This document shows, piece after piece, positions 57,504-64,000 of a stretch of 64,000 nt of DNA. Numbering within the stretch: the stretch's first letter is position 1; every line of letters starts with the position of its first letter. The notes beneath the pieces were generated by a model that saw only the letters and a list, made by a program, of their open reading frames with translations, was not told the origin of the DNA and did no database searches. The DNA lies in NCBI GenBank assembly GCA_003133325.1, contig PKXA01000063.1, positions 18,954-82,953 of the forward strand, read 5' to 3'. This DNA comes from Acidimicrobiaceae bacterium (GTDB lineage: Bacteria; Actinomycetota; Acidimicrobiia; Acidimicrobiales; RAAP-2). Made by a program: the position numbers and the translations under genes.

Positions 57504-57583
57504 TGCCTATCTGGTGACCCGGCGGCTGTGGCACCCGTGCTCTCTGCGAATTCGATCGCATGCGGTCATGTTTGCCGACGGAG

Positions 57584-59062
57584 TCAGTCGGTCAATACCG
57601 GATGACGTTGTCCACACGTGTCGGGAGCTGTCTGTCCGGCGAATCGGGCAGCGATCCATTGGAGAACGTCTGGTTGTGCGGTTTCCACCACACTTCCGTG
57701 ACTGGCACCCCGAACTACGTCGTACTCCACCGTGTCATGTTGGGCCCCGCACAGCCGTTGATCGACCAGAGTCGTAGTGGTGGCGTAGGGGATGAGCGAG
57801 TCGGCCGTCCCCTGCACGATCAAGACCGGTGCAACCGTAGGTGCCAACCCTGGTTCGTTCTGGATCAAATGGGCCTGGACCGCCGTGTTGTCCTTCCAAC
57901 CCGCGCGGAAGATTCGATTGGTGGACACATCCGCGTAGGTGTCGGTCACTTCATCGCTGCACATCTGATTGATCGCCGACGTAGTGGCAATGGCCCATGG
58001 CGTGAATACGTCCGAAAGGGGTAGATCTCCGTAGGCGATTGACCAGGCATAGAGGGCCATGACGACATACGCGGAGAAGGCATCGGGATTGCGTCCCGGA
58101 ACTGCCGGCACGAATTCGCTGACGTTCGAGACTGGTGCCGCTGCCACCACGCCCACAACGAAGAGATCGGGTGCGTACAAGTGGGAGATCTGACCGGCGA
58201 AGAGTGCCGCTTGGCCACCTTGGGAGTGGCCGAAGATGATCACCGAGTCAGACGCTACTGATCCGGCGAGGTTCCGGGCGGCGCGGGCAGCGTCCAAGAC
58301 GGCCTGACCCTCGCTTTGGCCGACCAGGTAAGGGTGGATCCCGGGGGTCCCGAGGCCTTGGTAATCGGTAGCCGCGACGATCATCCCTTCGTCGATGAGT
58401 TCGGACAGATAGGGGACGGTGTTGACCCCCTGCTTGGAGGGTGCACACGCGTCAGCCAGGCCGGTGGTTGCGTGGGCCCAGGTCACAATGGGATAGCCCG
58501 TCACCGGTGGTGGGCCACCGGGGATGACCACCATCCCAGAGACGGCGATGTCGGCTCCTGTGATTGATTCTGAGTGATACAACACGCGGTAAGCGGTGGC
58601 CTTAGCGGGCAGACCTTCTGCGTCAGGGATTGGTTCGGATCGGACGATCGATCCAGGCGCGGCGGCGGTGAGGGGGTCGGGAGGCGCGTAGAAGGCGTCG
58701 AGGGATAGCGGGTCCGATGAAGATGATGCGGATGATGGTGGAGTTGTGAGTCCTGACGCCCAGATTGGTGCGGTCGCCGTGATCGGCGTGATGACGGAAA
58801 GGGTCTCCGCTTTCCCGCCGACTCGGTGAATCCCGACCTGGCCGACTGGTGACGCGAATGCAAAGCTTGAGATGTCGAGCAAAGACATGGCGGAAAATTT
58901 GGATGGCCTTGCCCGGGAGGATTGGGATGCGGAGGCGCCTCTCGAAGAGATGACCCATCCGGTCGAGGCGCTTACCAAGGTCAGGGTGGCGAAGGCGACG
59001 AGCACCGTTACCCGGCGTTTGGTGATCCGGTCCCGAACTCCGAGTGCAGAGTATCGCCACAT
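57584..59062 (-). CDS. Secreted lipase (LIP-family alpha/beta hydrolase).
   Basis: N-terminal signal/TM VTVLVAFATLTLVSA, the nucleophile elbow GHSQGG, and PVLIVQGTAD. Confidence 0.8.
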   Translation of the reverse strand: MWRYSALGVRDRITKRRVTVLVAFATLTLVSASTGWVISSRGASASQSSRARPSKFSAMSLLDISSFAFASPVGQVGIHRVGGKAETLSVITPITATAPIWASGLTTPPSSASSSSDPLSLDAFYAPPDPLTAAAPGSIVRSEPIPDAEGLPAKATAYRVLYHSESITGADIAVSGMVVIPGGPPPVTGYPIVTWAHATTGLADACAPSKQGVNTVPYLSELIDEGMIVAATDYQGLGTPGIHPYLVGQSEGQAVLDAARAARNLAGSVASDSVIIFGHSQGGQAALFAGQISHLYAPDLFVVGVVAAAPVSNVSEFVPAVPGRNPDAFSAYVVMALYAWSIAYGDLPLSDVFTPWAIATTSAINQMCSDEVTDTYADVSTNRIFRAGWKDNTAVQAHLIQNEPGLAPTVAPVLIVQGTADSLIPYATTTTLVDQRLCGAQHDTVEYDVVRGASHGSVVETAQPDVLQWIAARFAGQTAPDTCGQRHPVLTD

Positions 59063-59120
59063 CGTCGTTCACAGTAGTCACCGGGGCATATCCCATGACG
59101 TCGTCTACGATCGGAGCGGT

Positions 59121-60059
59121 ATGGGCGCCTTGGATCTGGTTGGAACCTGGCCAGTTGACACGGCAGCGGTCGGGGTGATCCGCATTGGACCGAAAGGTGC
59201 CGAACGCAGTGCGCCCGTGGCCGAGACCGCTGAGGTTGTGGGACCTCAAGATCGACTGTTTCCATGGGCGTCTGTGACCAAACCGGTCACCGCCCTCGCG
59301 GTCCTCGTGGCCATTGAGGAGGGCACTCTGTCCCTCGATCTGCCGGCCGGACCTCCAGGTTCGACGATCCGCCACCTGCTGGCCCATGCTTCTGGGCTCG
59401 GGCCCGACCGGGGTGCGCCGCTGGCCAAGCCTTGTACTTGGCGGATCTACTCCAACTTCGGTTATGACGTGTTGGCGGACGTGCTGGTCCAGCGGTCGGG
59501 AATGTCATTCCGTGACTATGTGACCCATGGGGTGCTCCATCCGCTCGGGATGTCCGACACCGTTTTCGATCCAGGACCGAATCAGGCGGCGTCCGCCTCA
59601 CCGAGCGGGACCTCACCGGGCGGAACCTCACCGGGCGGGGCAATGTCCGACGCAACCTCATCGGACGCAGCCTCCGGACTGTGGGGGCCGTTGAGCGACC
59701 TCCTTGCCCTGGCGACCGAGTGGGCAGTTCCCAAGCTGATCAGCCCCGAAAGCCATGCTTTGGCCATTTCGGTGGCGTTCCCTGGTCTGCCTGGCGTTCT
59801 CCCCGGGTTCGGCCGTTTCGATCGGTGTGACTGGGGACTCGGGGTGGAAATATGCGGCGACAAGCGGCCCCATTGGACGGGAGTGTCGAATTCTCCGGCC
59901 ACATTCGGGCACTTCGGTCGTTCCGGGTCGTTCTTCTGGATCGACCCGACAGCCGGTCTGGCCTGTGCGGGATTGGCAGACCGGGCATTTGGACCGTGGG
60001 CGAGCGCCGCGTGGCCGGCCCTGTCCGATGCTGTCCTGGCCGGGTTCCGCGTTGGGTGA
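59121..60059 (+). CDS. Beta-lactamase-family serine hydrolase.
   Basis: The SxxK motif in WASVTKPVTALAV. ATG 59121 is chosen because upstream ORF sequence overlaps the divergent lipase gene. Confidence 0.78.
   Translation: MGALDLVGTWPVDTAAVGVIRIGPKGAERSAPVAETAEVVGPQDRLFPWASVTKPVTALAVLVAIEEGTLSLDLPAGPPGSTIRHLLAHASGLGPDRGAPLAKPCTWRIYSNFGYDVLADVLVQRSGMSFRDYVTHGVLHPLGMSDTVFDPGPNQAASASPSGTSPGGTSPGGAMSDATSSDAASGLWGPLSDLLALATEWAVPKLISPESHALAISVAFPGLPGVLPGFGRFDRCDWGLGVEICGDKRPHWTGVSNSPATFGHFGRSGSFFWIDPTAGLACAGLADRAFGPWASAAWPALSDAVLAGFRVG
59595..59639 (+). repeat. 15-nt in-frame tandem repeat, 3 copies (SP[SG]GT).
   Basis: GCCTCACCGAGCGGG, ACCTCACCGGGCGGA and ACCTCACCGGGCGGG. Confidence 0.85.
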
Positions 60060-60127
60060 TCGCGAGGCCGGGAGCGCCCTATCGATCGGTTCGGCTGCCC
60101 CCGACCATCACGTCTAGGCTGCCACGC

Positions 60128-60868
60128 ATGAAGGGTGTCATCCTCGCTGGCGGTACCGGCTCACGCCTCCATCCGCTCACTCGCATAACCAACAAACACC
60201 TGCTCCCGATCTACGACCGGCCGATGATCAACTGGTGCATCGAGGCGCTCGTACACGCGGAAATCACCGAGATCATGGTGGTCACCGGGGGGACCCACGC
60301 CGGAGAGTTCCTTCGTTTGTTGGGGAACGGTCATGAGTTCGGCATCGACCGTTTGAGCTACGGCTACCAGGAGAAGCCAGGTGGCATTGCCGAGGCCCTG
60401 GGTCTGGCGGCACGGTTCGTAGACGGCGAAGCGGTGTTGGTGATGCTGGCCGACAACATCGTCGAACAGTCGATCAAGCCAATGGCGGACGCCTTCCGGG
60501 CCGATCCTCGGGGTGCTCGTATTCTCCTGACCCCGGTGGAGGAGGACGAGCACCTTCGCCACCTCGGTGTGCCTTCGTTCGACGAGGGACGCATCACGAG
60601 CATCGTGGAGAAGCCGGAACAACCTCCGTCCAAGTTCGGGGTGACGGGGATCTACTGCTACGACGCCGATGTCTTCGATGTCATCCCCTCACTGGTGCCT
60701 TCGCGCCGCGGCGAATTGGAGATCACCGACGTGAACAATCACTACATCAACGAAGGCTCGATGGCGTACGACGTGCTGGAGGGTTTTTGGGGCGATGCCG
60801 GTGAGTCGATCGACGCGTACTACACAGTGAACGATTTCGTTCGGGCTCACGGGGCGAACAAGGGCTGA
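60128..60868 (+). CDS. rmlA: Short-form sugar-1-phosphate nucleotidyltransferase (RmlA-like glucose-1-phosphate thymidylyltransferase).
   Basis: MKGVILAGGTGSRLHPLT and EKPGGIAEAL. Length is 246 aa. Confidence 0.8.
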   Translation: MKGVILAGGTGSRLHPLTRITNKHLLPIYDRPMINWCIEALVHAEITEIMVVTGGTHAGEFLRLLGNGHEFGIDRLSYGYQEKPGGIAEALGLAARFVDGEAVLVMLADNIVEQSIKPMADAFRADPRGARILLTPVEEDEHLRHLGVPSFDEGRITSIVEKPEQPPSKFGVTGIYCYDADVFDVIPSLVPSRRGELEITDVNNHYINEGSMAYDVLEGFWGDAGESIDAYYTVNDFVRAHGANKG

Positions 60869-60933
60869 GGTTTGACGGCTCCCGCCCGGAGCTGGATGCG
60901 CCGACTCGGATCATCTGTGCTGGGATTGTCGAA

Positions 60934-62460
60934 TCAGGAGGAGCGGCTGAGCCACTCATCCTCGGCTTCGCCCAACGGCGTGGTGGGAGGTCCATCGACC
61001 ATCGGCCACAGTTCTTCGGCGATCCCGCGCCAGTCTGCAGTTGCCCCCAATCGAGCCAGAAGCGCGTAGAGCCCGAGGTTGATGCGCTGCACGATGACGA
61101 ACATGGCCGGCAAGCTAAGCGCCTTGGCCACCGGGCTCTTGGAGTTGAACACCCTCCTGACGGTTTCCGAAGCGTACTCGTGCTCGACAGTGCGCCGGCC
61201 CCGCACCATCACCAGGTCGTAGAAGTGACTGAAGTAGTCGGTCACGTCATCGGTGGAAAGGGTGGGATCGGGCCGAAGAAGCCCGACCTCCTCGAGTGCG
61301 CGACGGTAGCCGTCGGCGTCTCCCCGCAGCACCAGTGTCTCGATCAACTTATGGAAGACGGCCATCTCTTCGGGAGCGAATTTCTTCACCATGCCGAAGT
61401 CGAGGAACGTCACGTGACCCCCTGGACGGAACAGGTAGTTCCCCGGGTGCGGATCGCCGTTGAACACGCCCAAACGGTTGATACCCCGGAACACGAAACG
61501 GAACAGGGTCTCGCCGGCCAAATTCCTCTCGTGGGCAGACCACTTCTCTACTTCAGCGAAGCGAGCACCGGTGGCCAACTCAGTGGTGAGCACCATGCGA
61601 GTGGAGAACTCGTCCACCACTTCGGGAATGTGGATAAAAGGGTGGCCCCGGTAGATTGCGGAGAATTGTCGTTGGTTGGCGGCTTCGTGGATGTAGTCGA
61701 GCTCTTCGGTCAGCCGGTCACGCAGCTCGGCGGCCAATACCTTGGGATCGAGCGACGGGAACAGCATCGGAATAATCCGGGCCAGCATCTCAGTATTGGC
61801 CAAGTCCGCCTCGATGGCAGCGGCCACCCCTGGGTACTGGATCTTCACCGCAACCTCTCTGCCATCGAATGTGACCGCTCGGTGGACCTGGCCTATGGAG
61901 GCAGCAGCCAGTGGCACGGGATTCCATTCCCGGAAGACCTTGGTGGGGGAGCGGCCCAACTCTGCCACGACCACCCCGGCGGCCAGCTCCGGCGCCATCG
62001 GGGGAGCGTCCGACTGCAGTTGGGCCAGAGCCGCTCGGTACGGTTCGGGGAGGCCCTCATCGAGGAAACTGGCGATCTGGCCGAGCTTCATCAGGGCCCC
62101 CTTCATGTCCCCCAGGGACTCGGCCACCTGTTCCGCAGTGCGGAGTTCCATGGCCGCCGCCAGCTCATCACGCCGGTCAGCTGGGGTGAGACGAACCCGG
62201 ATTCTGCCGGTCATCCGAGAGGCGCCAAGCCGTCCTACCATTTGAGCCGACGCCGCGGTACGCCGAAGCCTGTTCGTGTGTTTGATCGGGGATCCGCCGC
62301 TGCGTCCAGGTAGGGCGGAGGATGCGGGTATCTCGGGTCCTTCAGCCGACTCAGCCGACTCAGCCGACTCAGCCGACTCAGGCGACTCAGGCGGAGCCCC
62401 GGTATCTGGTTCAGAGCTCAACGCCCACCCACGCCGCGGTTTCGGTTCGGTTCCGGGCAT
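60934..62460 (-). CDS. ABC1/UbiB/AarF-family atypical kinase (start uncertain).
   Basis: LMKLGQIASF, AAASIGQVHRA and GDPHPGNY. The longest ORF overlaps the upstream synthetase by 50 nt. Internal ATGs at 62241 and 62214 are alternatives. Confidence 0.85.
   Translation of the reverse strand: MPGTEPKPRRGWALSSEPDTGAPPESPESAESAESAESAEGPEIPASSALPGRSGGSPIKHTNRLRRTAASAQMVGRLGASRMTGRIRVRLTPADRRDELAAAMELRTAEQVAESLGDMKGALMKLGQIASFLDEGLPEPYRAALAQLQSDAPPMAPELAAGVVVAELGRSPTKVFREWNPVPLAAASIGQVHRAVTFDGREVAVKIQYPGVAAAIEADLANTEMLARIIPMLFPSLDPKVLAAELRDRLTEELDYIHEAANQRQFSAIYRGHPFIHIPEVVDEFSTRMVLTTELATGARFAEVEKWSAHERNLAGETLFRFVFRGINRLGVFNGDPHPGNYLFRPGGHVTFLDFGMVKKFAPEEMAVFHKLIETLVLRGDADGYRRALEEVGLLRPDPTLSTDDVTDYFSHFYDLVMVRGRRTVEHEYASETVRRVFNSKSPVAKALSLPAMFVIVQRINLGLYALLARLGATADWRGIAEELWPMVDGPPTTPLGEAEDEWLSRSS
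62342..62395 (-). repeat. 9-nt tandem repeat, 6 copies (encodes SAE/SPE if translated).
   Basis: TCAGCCGAC four times, then TCAGGCGAC and TCAGGCGGA. Confidence 0.85.
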
Positions 62461-64000
62461 AGTCCACCTTGCCCGATGGCGAACGACCGATGGTGGGCAC
62501 GAACCGAATTCGGCGTGGGGCCTTGTACCCGGCCAGCTGTGCCTTCACGTGATCGATGACGGCGTCGGCAGTGACCGTTTCCTCGGCGGTGCCGGGAGTC
62601 AGCTCCACCACGGCGATGATCTCCTCGCCGAAGCGCTCATTCGGGATCCCGACCACCACAGCGTCGAGGACGCCGTCGACAGTCTTGACCGCTTCCTCGA
62701 CCTCTTCGGGGTAGACCTTTTCACCGCCGGTGTTGATGCATACGGAGCCGCGTCCGAGCAGGTGGATGCTGCCATCCTCTCGAACTTCGGCGTAGTCACC
62801 AGGTATCGAATAGCGCTCACCATCCACCGTGCGGAAGGTGGCCGCGGTCTTGGATTCGTCCTTGTAGTAGCCGAGGGGGATGCGTCCTCCCAGGGCCAGC
62901 ACGCCGGGCTGGTCCGACCCTGGCACGACATCCGCGCCGTCGGCATCGAGAACCCGCACGTTGGGGCCGAGGGTGAAGTCGGCGGTATGGGAGGCCGATG
63001 ACCCTGACGAGATCGAGCTTCCCATGCCCAGCGCCTCCGACGACGAGAACGCGTCCACCAACAACATGGTGGGGTGATGCCCAAGCAGGCCCTGCTTGGT
63101 CTCCTCGCTCCACATCACTCCCGAGGAGATCATCCCCACCAGGCTGCTCAGGCCCCACCGGCCCGGTTGCGCATCAAGTGCTGCCAGAATCGGCTTGGCA
63201 AAGGCGTCGCCCACAATGATCAAGCCATTGACCTTCTCGCGCTCGACGGTGTCGAGGAGCTCGACCGCATCGAAGTGGCGGGAGGGCAGAAGCACCACCC
63301 GACCCCCCTCGCTCAGGCACTCGAGGGCGGTAAACCCGCCGGTACCGTGCATCAGTGGACAGGCGGGGAGCAGTGTCATCCCGGGGCCGAGTTCCGCCAG
63401 GCTCTGGCGCACCCCTTCCACGCCGGCTTCCTGGTCGTAGCTCCGGAACCCAGAAGCGTTCATGAGGGCAAACAGGTCGTCCTGGCGCCACATGACCCCC
63501 TTGGGCATTCCGGTTGTCCCGCCGGTGTACAGCAGGTTGAGATCGTCGGGACCTCGTCCCCAGGGAGCCCGGGCTCGCTCTGGTTCCCGGACAGAGCCAT
63601 CACCCTCGCCCTCACCGTTCTTCGCCACTTCCTCGTACGGGACGGCCCAAGTGGGGCAGGGCGCGGTCCCGTCATCCACCCATAGCCAACTCCGGATGCC
63701 CGGGACCCGGTCACGGATGCCCTCGATGCGTTCGGCGAACACGCCGTGGAAGACCACGGCCACCGCATCGGCGTTCTCCCACAGATAGGCCAGCTCGTTA
63801 TCGGCGTACCGGTAATTCGTGTTGATGGGCACCAGGCCAACTTTGAAGATGGCGAAGGTCGCCTCCAAGTATTCGGGGCAGTTGTAGAGATACAGGGCGA
63901 CCTTGTCCTGCTTGGCGACCCCGGCACCGAGGAACCACCTCGCCAGGTTGTCCGCCCGGCGGTCGGTATCCTTCCATGTCTGGGTGCGTGATCCCTGAGT
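62411..64000 (-). CDS. Acyl-CoA synthetase / AMP-dependent ligase (5'-partial; continues past the window end).
   Basis: LLYTGGTTGMPKGV, GDYAEVREDGSIHLLGR and GKVDY. The frame stays open through 64000 (..LYLYNCPEYLEATFAI..). Confidence 0.88.
   Translation of the reverse strand, partial: TQGSRTQTWKDTDRRADNLARWFLGAGVAKQDKVALYLYNCPEYLEATFAIFKVGLVPINTNYRYADNELAYLWENADAVAVVFHGVFAERIEGIRDRVPGIRSWLWVDDGTAPCPTWAVPYEEVAKNGEGEGDGSVREPERARAPWGRGPDDLNLLYTGGTTGMPKGVMWRQDDLFALMNASGFRSYDQEAGVEGVRQSLAELGPGMTLLPACPLMHGTGGFTALECLSEGGRVVLLPSRHFDAVELLDTVEREKVNGLIIVGDAFAKPILAALDAQPGRWGLSSLVGMISSGVMWSEETKQGLLGHHPTMLLVDAFSSSEALGMGSSISSGSSASHTADFTLGPNVRVLDADGADVVPGSDQPGVLALGGRIPLGYYKDESKTAATFRTVDGERYSIPGDYAEVREDGSIHLLGRGSVCINTGGEKVYPEEVEEAVKTVDGVLDAVVVGIPNERFGEEIIAVVELTPGTAEETVTADAVIDHVKAQLAGYKAPRRIRFVPTIGRSPSGKVDYARNRTETAAWVGVEL

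Noticed and set aside
57436-57583. smpB/tmRNA expected downstream of ftsX.
   Set aside because: There is no SmpB-like ORF. There is also no tmRNA hallmark (5' GGGG..., a tag reading frame, a 3' T-arm with CCA context) in the 148-nt gap or in neighbouring sequence.
1-64000. CRISPR arrays, transposases or integrases, prophage, toxin-antitoxin or known defence-system genes.
   Set aside because: All tandem repeats have 7-24-nt periods with no spacers. No ORF shows DDE transposase, tyrosine/serine recombinase, Cas, restriction or other defence motifs. The window looks like core chromosome.

Overview
All family assignments below come from motifs I recognise by eye; no searches were run. This is a GC-rich chromosomal segment with strongly GC3-biased codons and about 50 CDS. 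Gene content and order look like Actinomycetota; a deep-branching, Acidimicrobiia-like lineage is only a guess.

Content, left to right:
- 1-2800: a MoeZ-like sulfur-activating enzyme, then a decayed patch holding a propeller-repeat fragment, a histidine-kinase remnant with an in-frame TAG, and an orphan receiver.
- 2900-14200: housekeeping genes, namely an acyl-CoA mutase catalytic subunit, a RecQ-like helicase with a ComF-like tail, a PIG-L deacetylase, an HtrA-like protease, an M20 amidohydrolase, accA and birA.
- 14235-23332: a ten-gene, same-strand sugar-nucleotide and glycosyltransferase operon (rmlB, rmlD, ugd, uxs, two GT2 genes, a PT-repeat membrane protein, manC, an epimerase). Many junctions overlap by 4 nt.
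- 23300-27700: a disrupted VOC gene, a DEAD-box helicase, an FKBP isomerase, and cofE-cofD (F420 biosynthesis).
- 27825-32307: three GT4 glycosyltransferases plus an Rmd-like reductase.
- 32367-34306: a PadR regulator with a membrane partner, and a small coiled-coil protein.
- 34496-45527: the least understood block. It contains a 1163-aa GT2 fused to a polytopic membrane body, coupled to a four-repeat DUF5719-like ectoprotein; then ftsH; then a CPBP protease immediately followed by an 829-aa GT-C/YfhO-like membrane protein.
- 46107-64000: a desaturase, phosphomannomutase, Trm112, a SIS isomerase, a ~595-nt ORF-free gap, short hpf, secA, prfB, a DUF3565 protein, ftsE, ftsX, a lipase, a serine hydrolase, an rmlA-like gene, an ABC1 kinase, and a 5'-partial acyl-CoA synthetase.

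I found no rRNA, tRNA, CRISPR array, transposase, integrase or recognisable defence system.

Most noteworthy observations:
- the uncharacterised envelope-glycan machinery at 34.5-45.5 kb;
- a 20-nt tandem duplication that re-terminates uxs;
- three decayed genes;
- a stand-alone CofE;
- the long non-coding gap upstream of hpf;
- many short in-frame tandem repeats.
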